Of a stretch of DNA of 64,000 nucleotides, positions 24,429 to 38,045 are shown one piece after another. Every line of letters starts with the position of its first letter. Positions within the stretch are counted from its first letter, which is position 1. A program made the position numbers and the translations under genes. The notes under the pieces were generated by a model. It worked only from the letters and a program-made list of their open reading frames with translations. It was not told the origin of the DNA and searched no databases. Source of the DNA: Octopus vulgaris (taxonomy: Eukaryota); contig OX597816.1 in the NCBI GenBank assembly GCA_951406725.2, positions 135,780,001-135,844,000 on the forward strand. The letters run 5' to 3'.

Positions 24429-27400
24429 TAATCCAAACGGGAAAACAGAAAAAACAACAACACGTGGAACAATTACAGTATTATTATTATTAGGCGCTCA
24501 GGAAAATGGAAGGGTATGACGTTTCGAGCGGAGCTCTTCGTCGGAAACATAGGAGAAAGAAAGATCCCGAGACGGGAGGACAGAGGAAAAACAATTGCAG
24601 GTAGTCTTCACGAGGTCACATACTGAAAAGACGGAAGGAGGAAAATGTTTTTTAAAAACAGGAGAGCTGAATCAAAGAGGGAATGGTAAAAAAGGTGTGC
24701 GAGAAAACGAGGGTGTGTGTATGTGTGTGTGTATGTGTGTGTATGGTGGACAGTGGCTAGTAGCAGGCAGTAGTAGAGTTAAAGGAGTGTGTGGGGGTAC
24801 CCTAGCAAGTGAGAAAGGCAGGTCAGAAACAGGGAGGTATGTGTGTGTGCGTATATATATATATATATATATTTACATACATACATTGGTGGAATATATA
24901 CAACCTGCATGGATGTTTGTTTATCACTGCTTTGCAACCAGTGTCTGTTTGTTTATATAAATAAATATCTAGCTTTGATTGACAAAACCTATCAAAACAA
25001 GACCCTAGCATGGCCACTGTCTAATGATTGAATCAAGTAAAGTGAAAAAGAATATGATGTTTACCAGCACAGCCTAAGACAATATAATAAAGAAAAGTAT
25101 CCCATGTATGAGAGTTGCATCACATACCCTTATATGCTAGAGATATGGTAGTGCTTTTTGCTTATTCCACAAAGAAGATTATTGGCGCTAATTTGACAGT
25201 GAGAATTGACAGAATTCTCTTAGTGTAATTGGTAAGGTCTCCCAGCATATGCCACATACATGCTTCGGCCCCTGGGACGGTGGGGGTCTGTTCTTGTTCT
25301 TGTCTTAAAGTGTTTTCATAAACATCTTTTGTATAATCTATATTTAAAATCTTTGTAGTATTTTGTGTATACACATACACACATGTATATGTGTGTTTGT
25401 GTAATTTCTGTATACATTTTTATCTGTATTTTTTCCTGTCAGTTCTTTAATCCAAAATATCTGATGATTTGCCATTACTTGGTACTGGAATTATTTTAAC
25501 TATCGTTATAAAAACTAGTTACTTACCTCAGTTGTTTCACATTTTACATTCAATTTAAAAAGTATCAGAGGAAAGTGACATACGTATTTGAGTTAAAATT
25601 CAGGTTATTCTTTTCCCATTTTATTCTTAGGAAATTTCAAGAATGATAGAAACTTTATGAAGTAACTTGTTAAGCAATTGCATGTAAATGATATCAGATG
25701 TTATAAGTACCAATTTGAGACAAAAGAGCAACAGACAGGATGTAATCCTATTGCTCTTTCCCATCTATAATTGGTGCTTATATGTTTAATATCAATAGAA
25801 ACCGTTGCTGTAAAAACAATTCAGTGTTTATGTTTGGTATTGAAGAACTGCAAAAACTCTAATTATGTTTAACTGTTTACAGATTCAATTTTTGTTTGTT
25901 TTAATGTTAGCTGTACTCAAACAATGGTAAAGTTTGATTTATTCAGTTTGTACACAATTATTTTATTGTCTTTCATACATCTTGCTGTTATTAAATATAA
26001 TTTATGCTGCTTTGCATTTTACTCTGATATTTTTTTTTTGTTACTCTTTCATTTTTATCCAAAACTAATATTACTGAATATATATTTCTGTAAATGTCTT
26101 CTTGTTTGGAATTTAAACAATAGTTTGAATAGAATAGAAATATTTAAGTTGAATATAATTATTAAATTTCATGAAAGAGAATTTTATTCTATTGAGAATT
26201 TAATTTATATTAAATCAAATATGTTCAGCAACTAAATTTTTGTTTTCCTTTTGTTAGTGTTTGTTGATGTAATTATAATTATCATAGTAGCCTTTTCATA
26301 AGTCTAATATCTTTTTTTAATTTGCTCGTTAATATAGGTTGGGTCCATCTTTACATATTGACAGTGGTTGTTATAATGCTGGTGATATGATATAAGATGC
26401 CAACTGATTAGAGTATCTCTTGAAAATATTTTAAAATAAATTACATTTATTACATTTTAATTAATGAATTTAATTACAGTATTTAATTTCTGCAAATATT
26501 TGATATGTTTTTAATGAGTGTTTCCTATTTTCACAAATACTTGTATTTTAATGTACTTTATTCATCAGTTGGCTGTCTGGAGTCTGTGACTATATGGATG
26601 ACCAATTTCTCTGAGAATATAAACAGCTGGTTCTTAGGATAGCTTACAACAGATTACACACCTGCTTTTTCATGGACTTTCTCTGCCATGTCCATTTTTT
26701 TTCATCATAATCACATAATCTATAATCTAGTATCTTGTTCCAGTCTCACAATTTTAATATTCCTTACATTTGATCTCTAAGTCTATCTACAACGGAGATA
26801 TTCAAATGTAAAGGAAACACAAAACAAGTAACAGCTACATCATTACCTAAGCAACAGTAGTTCACTCTACCATGGAGGCAACATAAATCTTTGTGTGTTT
26901 GTACATGTGTTCAATACTGTTTTCTCTCTGTGAGTATGCTTGTTGATATTAGTGTTTTCCTATAGTATGGTTTCAATATTTAGGAATTTTTTTTTAAATC
27001 ACAAGTTGAAGAGAAATTAATGGTTGTTAATTATGGATTCAGTCATATTTGATTGGTCTATGCACTCCATATTTTGTAGTGTGGGTTAACTTCTGACTGA
27101 CATAGAAAATAAGTTAATAGCTAAATCAATCTTAAAAGTAATGGTATGTAATAATACCATGGTTATAAGTTACTATCATGATTGCAAAATTCAAACCTAG
27201 CCATATATGTTGTTCTATCTTGTAAGTATAGCACATTTCTTGGATTAGTTTTCCAAGCTAATGCAGTTGAGCAGTTTGTTACAAGATGATCAAGCTGTTA
27301 AAAAATGGTTTAAGGTATATGCAAATGTTTGATTTACAATTATTTTTCTTAATTAATCCAAACTGAAATACAATATAATCTATTGGAGTTTTGATTTATA

Positions 27401-30400
27401 TTAATATCTATGTTAAAGTGAATTTAAAGAATTTGAGAGTCAGAAGGATTTTTTTTTAGCATAATAATGTTGCCTGCTATCATTGCTTTGAAATCTGTTA
27501 CTATTCTTTGTTGTCAAAATTTTATAAAGATTTAGATTAATCTGCTATAAACAGGCATCAGTTTGAGATAATCCATTCTCTTTTGGTTTGGTTATAGTCC
27601 TGTTTGTCACAAGTGTAATCATTGAAGAGTTGATGTTAGGTCAGCCAGAGCTGGGGGTCTTTTTTTCATCTATTAATCAAAGACTCCTTTTATTTTCTTG
27701 CAAGAAAGGCTAATCTACTATAAAGAGACATCAATTTCTCTTTAGCTTTTGTCATATTGTTCTGTTAGTCACAAGAGGACATTTTGAAGAGTTGATGTTA
27801 GGTCAGCTTAAGCCTTTTTCTTTTTAAAGACTCCATTAATGTACTTGTAATTATAGATTATTTATAAACTTTATATAGTCTATGCTGTTAAGTTATGTGC
27901 ATAAAACATTTTGGTTACCAATGGATCGAAATTCCTGTCCTATCCACCCTCACATATGGGACAAAGGGAAAATTTAATTTTTATAAATGGGTATCTTATA
28001 TAGAAAATATTCATTCTGACATAAGCTGTTTGAGGCAAACAGTAGAAGTTAAATACTGTGCTTTGAGTTTGTGGCTTTTGAAATTCTAGTCTTGTATCTT
28101 AACTTTGCTTTCAGTTCTTTCTATCTCTATTTCTCTGTCTCTCACAATGAATGAGAAGGTAATTGTGTTCAGCGTATCTTAGCAACTGTTAACTTTTTCA
28201 TGGTGTAGTTTCTGATGTTAATTTAGGAACAGTGCAGGTATTAAAGTAACTGATTTAGCATGAGCTCTTTTCTGTAATGAGTATTCTGCTTTAATGTAAT
28301 ATCATACAGGACAAGGTAGTAAAACAAGTTTTACTTTTGAATTATGTTCAATATTATATTGTTTTCTATTTTTCTGATATATATATGTGTGTGTGTGTGT
28401 GAAATAGATTAGCTTCTATGTGTACTATTTGAAATTTTCAGAACTGATCCAGTTCACTCAGCCAGTATTTGTATCTCGAGAAGACCCTAATTCCCGACTT
28501 AACACAATCAAAGAAATCAACAAGAGAGCTCATTCAAAAGGAGCATGGCCACAAATTGTTATTTTTCCTGAAGGGACATGCACCAACAGATCTTGTTTGA
28601 TAGGGTTTAAGCCAGGTGAGGTTATGAAATATTATTAGTAGCTTTATAATTATTGAAACCAATCCTTTTAATTACATACTCATTAACACTTGTTTTAGTA
28701 ATCATTTATTGTCACATTGCAGTATAGTATTATAATATTCTTGTTATCTTTCAATTATTTTATATCTGTTAAATTATGATTCTACTGAATGGTTAACTAT
28801 AATTAATCTAGAAAACATTGGATCAGGCTCTTAGGCTTATTGACAGAATCTGTTCACTTTAGTCTGTACACACTTTTTTTCTAGATTTTTAAAGCTTAAA
28901 ATTTGGAGTGTGCATTACACACAAGAATTAATTATCCTATTTTTCTCTGGCCAAGTACTTGACTTTATTGGGATGGTTTGACCAGGAGTAACATCAGTTC
29001 CCCAAGCTTTAGGTTGGGGAATGGATGACAAATGTTTTTTTTATTGTATAATATGCTAAATGTTTTACAAGTATGTATTAAAGGTGTAAATCTTACCCTT
29101 TTAGTGCAAATTTTGATACCTATTGCATGATATTCACAAAGAATAGTCACCAAACACAGCCACTCTCATCAGAGTTGATATTAACTAGTGTGTACCTAAA
29201 TTATGATGATGATGATGATCATCATCATCCTTTTTATGTTTAGTTCTTATTTAGAGCTCTTACTGACCTCTTAGATAACCATGGAGCCACATCTTAATTG
29301 TACACTTCATATTTGGTGTGGTTTCTATAATTGGATGCCCTTCTTAATACTAACCATTTCATACAGTGTACTGGATGCATTTTATTGTGATACCAGTATT
29401 AGTAAGGTGTCTTGTTATCCATTAAAGAATCATCCCAGTATGATGGGAGAAACACAGTGATAGGACTGAGAAAGTAATGCAGGAAGGTGTTACAGAAGAG
29501 AGATAGCAGCTACATGTTACTTATTGTAAAGGGACTGAATTAAATAATAGTGTATAAGTGAATAAGAATGATGGTGGAGAGCCAGTGCAATGGAAGAAGA
29601 AAAATATGAAGAGATCTGAAACCATCTCTCATTACACAGATGTTATGATTGGAGAAAGTAGTGTGATAAAGGTGGTGGTATGTGGAGATTGATTATGAAT
29701 AGATGCAGTGCAATATCTCATTACACAGGCAGTATGGAAAGAGAATGACAAATGAGAGGGTAACAAAGATGGGAGAGTAAATGGCAATTTAACTGAAACT
29801 TTTTGATGCGTGGTATCAAAAAGTTCCCGGACTAGTTATGTTTAATAAAAAATAACTTACTTACCTAAGTTTTAACATCATCTCCTTTGAAATAGTTACC
29901 TTCCACAGCAATACACTTGTCCCAGCATTCCTACCACTTTTGGAATCTGGCTTGGAAGTCATTTTCCGTGAGTTGAGGACCTTCTGTGATTTGCTCTGGA
30001 TATTGCCAGCGGTATTAAAACAGTGACCTTTGAGCTGCATTGTTATCTGGGGGGAAGAGATAGAAGTCTGCAGGTGATAAATCTGGTTGCAGGGTGGGTG
30101 CAGAAGCAATATCATGTTGTTTTGGACAAAAAATTCATGAGTGAGGAGAGCTCAGTGACAGGGTGCATTGTCTTCATGAAGAGTCTAATTCTTCACGTTC
30201 CATAGATCCAGTCACTTTCACCAAATGTCCTCCCTCAAATGTCCACAACAAAAATAAGACTTCAGCATACACGTGATTACAAAAACAGAAATTTCACAAA
30301 TTTTCACAGTAAACATAGTGATGTCACTCAGCACACTGCCTCATGAAGGTCACTGCTATCTCTCACTGCATATGCAACTGTGTGCTGCCATCTGTTGGTG

Positions 30401-32533
30401 TGCTACAGAATTAGTCCAGGAACTTTTCAATGTCTGTTTTGCCATGCTTGCACAAGTGAGTAGCTCTTTTCTATTCTAGCACTATGTGTTGTCAGCCATT
30501 GTAGGTATTTACCATCTCCTTGAGATTCAGCCTCTTAAGATCAGTCTTCACTAATTCATCCCATGTCCCATAGGTCTCTCCCTTTCACATGTTGTATCCA
30601 CTTTGACGCCTTAGCACTCCTTTACATAACTGACTTCCTCCACATACTTACTTCTACCAGTAGTATTCTCTTTTGTGCACTACATTTGATTCCTTTTATA
30701 TCCATCTTTTCTCTCAGCTCACTTCTATTTCATTGCTCATACACACATCCATGGTAGCATACTTGCATCATTTCTTTCTAGTCTTTAGCAAATCCACTGC
30801 ATTCAAAGCCCATGTTTTGCTCACCATATAGCATCATACAATATTGCTCTTCACTGAGAGGGAAAGAATCCTTTTGTAACCAGTAATGATAATAGCTCCC
30901 TTAATATTTTCACCCTGTTCTTACTTTGGCAACATCAGAACATCCACTTTCACTACTATTTATATTATCTAGGCCACAAGAAGCTACCAATTTATTACTA
31001 GGGAGTCATTTGGGTATTTGAAAGAATCTATTTCACATCTACTTACTACTGACTTTCCTTGTGCATCTGCCACATTCTACTTTCTTTGTCAGCTGCATCT
31101 CTCGTGTGTCCATAGTTTTCCTGGGTACATAGTATGGAATTTTTACCTACTCATTTCCTGCTTATCAAGCATGACCAGTTCACTGAGGGTAGCAGGTTTC
31201 TGCCTTCTTACTAATACTTTAGCTTTTGCTGAGTTTCCTTTGAGGCTTTTTGATTCTTGCCAGTAATTTTGTTCATAAATCTACAGATTTAGTTTTATGA
31301 ACTAGGTCAAGAATATCTAGGAATTCATTTGGACAGTTGATCTTAAATTTCTCTGTTATAGACTGGGAGATTATAATAAGCAGGAGGACCTAAGAACTGA
31401 GTCTTAATGGGATCCTGTGAACATGCTAAATTTGACACTAAATTCATGGTTAATTTTCACCTTGCTGGGTGCACATCTGTACTTAAGAAAATTTGTTCAA
31501 ATTTTAATATAAAGTAATCAGAAAATAAGATTGATATTTGACAAAAAAAAATGACCATCACAAATATAACAGAAATTCATACAAGGGTGTGTGTAACTTG
31601 GTACACTAATTAGATGCTGTTGACATCATTGTTAGTGTCAACACAATTTATGTCCCATAATATTAGATTTGCAATAGACCAGTAACAAAATATTAGAGTG
31701 GTTTAAAATGTTTTAATAGAATGTGAATTTCATCAATGCATTAATAACAAAACAGTGATATAATGCTACAAAATTAAGCACAGTTTAGCAAATTCATTAT
31801 TGTCAGTTTCAGTCAGATTTTCCATTTGCTAAATTCAGTTAAAACTTTGGACATTTACTTTCAGTTTGTGTGCATAGCTTAGAAATTTAATAGTTCATAT
31901 TTCAAAAACTGGTGATTCACCTCTGAAACCATGGAAGTTTAATTCACTATTTTCTGTGGTGAAGACAGACTCCATGACACCATTGTCTGTGTTGTCAGTG
32001 TAATATATATCTTAGTCATGTTGATGTTGTCGTCATTTACTGAGTCTTCAACTTGTTCCTCAAAAGGAATGTCCCCTTCACTGCTATTTTGAGCATTTGT
32101 GATGCAGATTTCTTTAAAAGACCTTACTAGAGATGAGGAATTATGTACATTATTTACATTTGACAGATATTTGTCTTAATCTTGTTTCTTGTTAGCACAA
32201 CGTTTCAGCTGATATATCCTCTTGGGGAAATTTCAAACCTGGGTTCTCATTCCTAAGGTATTTTTCAATGTTGTTATTGTTGTTGTTCAGATCATTTCCT
32301 GGAATTGAACTTGGAATCTTGGGGTTAGTAGCCTGCGCTCTTAACCACTACGCCATATGCCTATGGGCAATTATGGAGTGAATTCTTAGGGCTTATAAAT
32401 CTAATATTTTCCTATCCTTCCTTAATACCGGTTCCCATATGCTATTCATATCTGCACTTGGTCTCCATATGGCATAGTGGTTAAGAGCACGGGCTACTAA
32501 CCCCAAGATTCCGAGTTCGATTCCAGGCAGCGA

Positions 32534-32575
<42 letters not shown>

Positions 32576-35500
32576 CATCAAAAATACCTTATGAATGAGA
32601 ACCCAGGTTTGAAATTTCCCCAAGACACTTGATGAAGGCTGGAGGGTTAACAACAAACAAGATGAAGACTAATATCCGTCAAATGTAAATAATGCTCACT
32701 AGGATGGTTTCATTATCCATGTATGCAAAAGGAAAGCTCTAGTTGGTGAATGTAATCTGTTGGAATGATGGACTTGTACTTCTCTGCCAACCACTGGTTT
32801 CACTTAATATGAGCATACTACTTGAACAGCTTGTTAATGCTGACTGACACCTAGTGGTTATAGATGAGTAGTTATTCCACCAAAAATAATGGCAAGATTT
32901 GTTCTCATGGACTACAACGCTTTTACATTATACCCTCAATGGTATCTAAATGTATCAAGCACCAAGAAGATGGCAGTTTCAACATGCTGTCTGGATACAT
33001 TGGTTTTAATCTAACCACTTGTTATCTCTGCAGTAAACCACACCTTCTTTTCGTTTTGTAAGTGTCTCATCAGACTAAGTCATTTTCTTAAAGACAATAT
33101 GTAACAGCAGCTATTTTCCCTTTACCAGCAACAACCAGTATCACTGTAAATTGTAACTATTTTCTGACCCTTGAAATTAACTAGTGGTTGATAGTTAATT
33201 TCAAGGGTCCTTAGCAGTAGTTAATAGTTAATGTCAAGGGTCAGAAAATAGTTATTGTTTGTAGATACGGCAGTGTCTTATTTTGCATTTTCAATTTGTT
33301 ACAGATCATACTCCTTAGTTTCCTGTAATTCTTGTACTTTTATACTGTGTGAGTCTATCGATAAATTGACAGCTCATGTCTCTGTAAAACACTGAGTCCA
33401 CTCCACAGTAGTCCTGAAGTTGTCAAACATTATTCCCATCATCTTAGTGATTCCATGACTTAAGGTGTATATTAGTTGTGCTAACTCTAATATTGGCCAT
33501 TCTGTATTCCTTCACTCACGTCATCAGTACCTTTTCAAACTTAGGAAATCTAGCAGATTTTCCTGTTTTACTTTTTTGCCTTAAGAATGGAATGGAGGTT
33601 GGATTTGCATCTGTGTTAGAGTTGGATATTGACTTAGAACATCCAAAATAGCAACCAGCTACCCAATTCCCATTTTCATTTACATCAAGATTGCCTTCAC
33701 TTTCTATTTCTGTACAATGTTCATTTAGATATCATAGTTGAAACTGACAACTTTGTAATAAACACATACTCTGCTTTCCTCCTAACACAACTGCACAAAC
33801 TGAAAAGTAAATGTGATCAAAATGTAATTGATTTCTAGGACATTAATTTTGCAGCTTATACCTGTAAAGTTTGAATTTGCTTTTTTATTTCATGTTGAAT
33901 GCGCAAAGTGTTTTAGTTGGAAACAATGTGATATGATTTCCTTCAGCATTTTATTCACTAATTAAAATAAATCTGACTGACTAATCCTTTTAATAATGAA
34001 TTGAAATATGACTTGCCGACTGCAATCTCTGTTGGTAACCCTAAATGACACAAAGGAGAATTCAGTGGAAACATAGAGATAATTGTTTTCCAGGATTTCA
34101 TTGTCCATAATTAGGGCTATGCATTATATATGAGTGCATATTATATCTGAATAAATATGGTGTTTATCTCATAAGGGGAATAATCTGTATAATAATATTT
34201 TAAAAAGTAAAAGCATTATCCCTTTACTTTAAGATATTGCTTATTTACAAGTAAAATTATAGTCATTATCATAATCATAATGATTATTATTTTGTGTCCG
34301 TATATGTATAGGTGCTTTTTATCCTGGTGTCCCTGTTCAGCCTGTATGCGTCCGTTACCCTAATAAATTGGTAAGTAATTTATAACATTCCAATGTAAAA
34401 TATTCTGATTGTATAAAAATGGTAATGGGAGTTGTGCTTGTCATTAATTAAAACCTTTGTATTTATGGTTAAATCTTATTTATATATTTAGCCCTTTAGC
34501 ATTCAGATTACTTTTTCAAATGTAATGCTTATTTATGCACATTGCTTTGAATTAATCATTCATTATTTTGTAGCTTCAAGATTTTGATGATGTGACAGTT
34601 TATCTTTAGAAAAACATTGTTGGGTGGGTGTGAGAGGCAGGACCTAGCTGGTTTGAATATAAAGCAGGTAGAATATTTGAACAGGATATGGCCAGTTTAA
34701 ATGTTAAATGGTTAAGCATACCTCTAATACAGTCAGCAATAATTGAAGTTGATCACTAAATAATACTTTATGCTGGAGCCAACATCTTACATGGATAACT
34801 TAATTAACGATGTTAGGCAAACCTCAACATAACTATTAAGAAGCAAGTATATTCGTAAAAGATAAAATATAGTACCAATCAAAGGCTGAAAGATCAGTGT
34901 CTGAAGAAACTAAATTAATTTGATATTAAATTAGGTATTTTTCCTTTATTCAGTACTTTTATATTTACTCATACTCTCTAACTTCTAGAAAATCGTTAAC
35001 TATATATTGTTCTTATATTTGCAAAAATGAATTTTTTTATAAGCAATATTAAAGTTTTTGCAAAATGATATTTTCAGGATACTATAACTTGGACTTGGGA
35101 TGGACCCGATGCGTATGTATTAAATTAATTTGAATCTTCAGTTAAAATATTTATTTATTTATTTTGCAATGTCCTTAATTCTATACTTTTTCATTACCTT
35201 TTATTTAGGTTAATATATCTTCAAGTTCAAATCATTGTAATGTATATACTGACTGAAAATAGGTGGCTGTTTAAATGGTTGTAATTAGGAAAGTCATCTA
35301 GCTGTAATAATTTTTATCTTGCAATCCACTCCATTTAAATTTGGATCCTGATCTTGTCACTGTTAGTCTGAGAAATGTACATTCACTAAAAAAAAAAGTG
35401 TAAAATCATTAAAAGGCAAAATTAATAGTGGCAAGTTTTTAAAAATGTTCCTCTATGAGACTGTTATACATTCTGTAAGATATTATTATAAAAATTTTAT

Positions 35501-38008
35501 TTTTAGCTTGCCTTTACAAGGACCCTTGCATTCAGTTATTTTTATCACATTAATAGAGCTCACCAGAAAACTGAATTCTCTTTCCAGAACAATATAAGCC
35601 CAATTTTCAGTTTGCAATTCTCAGTTAGATCCCTGATGGTATCAATATTTAGCATACTTCAGTGCTATACATTATAGGTGTAGTATAAATTTAAAAAGCC
35701 AACCTGAAATTCCTATGTGCCATCGGGGAAAAAAAAATCTGTTCATCATCATCAATCTATACTTGTATGGATTGGACAAAATTTATCAAGACAGATTTTC
35801 TACAGTTCATTACCTTTCCTGCCACCAGCCCTCTCCTGTTCCCAAATTAGGTAATATTTTCACAGAAGATGGGAAATGAAGGGCACTATGTGTATGATGC
35901 TGACTACTTGTTTACAACTATCATGTAATGTCAAGACAAGGTGACACTAATGTGCACACGCGCACACAGATATGTATTTGTAATGCTACCATTGGTTTCA
36001 TGGGAAAACATTGCAATTACTAGGCATTCTACTTTAAAATGTTAGGAATTCATCCTGTTTTGGATAAGGCTATCCATTTTTAAGTAGAATACTTGATAAT
36101 TGTGATGTTTTTGCCTGAAATCAAGGGTAGGGTTGTAAATCTACAATTAAAGAGTTTTTATTCACCAAATGCTGAGTTGAACACGCATTTTCACTGTTCA
36201 CCACTATCATATATATATATATATATATATATAAGAAAATGGAGGGAATCAAGAGGTGGTATTCATCAGCTTTTAGACATTATATTATGTCTATTTATTT
36301 ATTTTTTAAAACACCATTGTAACAATATACATACATGTATAACATATTATGCTTTACATATATAATATATAAAAATATAATATAGTTCTAATATACATCC
36401 TCCCTTGTGCTGGTATCACAATAAACTGCATCCAGATCTCACTGGTTGGATATAGCAGCACTGGGGATTCAGCAAGCTGTGGTAATGCAGTCCCTTTGGA
36501 GTAGCAGTAGCACTGAATAAAAAGTGATACAGAGTAAAGAGAACACTTTAATTCTGGCAGACTCTCCTTACTGCATGTAATATTATAAAATGTGCCTGCT
36601 CCATGTTCATGGTTGGTGGTAAGAAGGGCATCCTGCTCTAAAAACATACCCCACTTCCCAATAGAATGCATTGTTTATGCTGCAAAGTGATTCATGTTAG
36701 AAAGGGTATCATGATCATATTCATTTAGTATCTATTTTCTAAGCTAGCATGGATTAGATAGTTTGACTGGAACTGGTAAGCCAGAAAGCTTTACCAGGCT
36801 CCAGTCAGATTTTGGTTTGGTTCCTACAGCTGGATGCCCTTCCTAACACCAACTACTCCAAGAGTTAGTGGGTGCCTTGTACATGTTACTGGCACAAGTA
36901 CCTTTTATGTATCACCAGCACTGTCCACAATTATGATTTCACTTGGCCTGATGAATCTTATCAATCACAGCAAACTACTAAAGGCCTTGACCATTTATCA
37001 TCACCTCCATGAGACCCAACATCCAAAGATCATGCTTCATTACTATGTCTCATGTCTTCTTAGGTCTACCTCTTTCACAGGTTCCCTCCACAGTTAGGGA
37101 TTGACACTTCTTTTTGCAGCTGTCCTCATCCATATGCATCACATGACCATACCAGCACAGTCGTCTCTCTTGCAGACCACATCTGATGCCTCTTACGCCC
37201 ATTTTTTCTCCCAAGACGTTTATACTCTGTTGTACATGGACACTGACATCACACATCTAGTGAAGCATACTAGCTTCATTTCTTTCAAACGTTTGCATGT
37301 CCTCTGCAATCATAGCCCATGTTTCACTGCTGTGTAGCATGGCTGTCTACACACAAGCATCATACAATTTGCCTTTCACTCTGAGGCAGAGGCCCCTTAT
37401 TACCAACAAAGTTAGATCTCTAAACTTCGCTCAGCCTATTCTTATTTTGAAAGCATATCCCCAGTCTCTTCTCTCAATACTTGATATACACAACAATGGA
37501 AATAAGTCTGTTGTTGTGTATGTATGTTAGATAGTGAAGAACCATGATAAGCTTGTGATGTGATGCTGTAATGGAACAGATCATCCAAATATTCCTGTTT
37601 TGTATATGTTTATCAACTTCTAGATTTCACCTCAGTTACATCCCTTTGAGGATCACTGCACTTTTACTAACTGTCATACTATAAGTTTATATTGACATGT
37701 ATGTGCACACACACAGACACACACACACATATTTGTTTATATATTTGCATACTGAATTTCGTAACCACCCTGTTATTTTTGTCCAGCAAACTTGATAACA
37801 TTAAAAAAGACAATATTTTGAATTGAGAAATCCAAGTGATGATAGGCATGGCTGTGTGGTAAGAAGTTTGCTTCCCAACCACATGGTTCCAGGTTCAGTA
37901 CTACTGCATGGTACTTTGGATAAATGTCTTCTACTATAGCCTCAGGCTGACCAAAGCCTTGTGAGTGGATTTGGTAGATGGAAACTTAAAGAAGCCTGTC
38001 ATATATGA

Positions 38009-38045
<37 letters not shown>

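Larger units (their letters stand above)
28860..34160 (-). mobile_element. Highly decayed pogo/Tigger transposon interrupted by nested insertions (boundaries approximate)
   Basis: Minus strand ~32790-32882 reads GGITTHL*PLGVS..INKLFK, a decayed pogo DDE GGLTxxLQPLDVSINKPFK motif. gtgcatta(t/c)a subterminal motifs at ~28910 and ~34120-34145. Confidence 0.45.

Noticed and set aside
27606-27835. Short diverged direct repeat (gtcacaag...ttgaagagttgatgttaggtcagc twice)
   Set aside because: Looks like an ordinary local tandem duplication with no coding or structural signal.
13630-28441. A third copy of the catalytic exon in the 14.8-kb intron
   Set aside because: I saw no further GFHW/APHS.FD-like coding segment; a tBLASTn with exons A and B would be needed to exclude a very diverged one.
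32470-32530. Functional tRNA gene
   Set aside because: A and B boxes are present, but there is no proper acceptor stem and it occurs as inverted diverged copies within a repeat.
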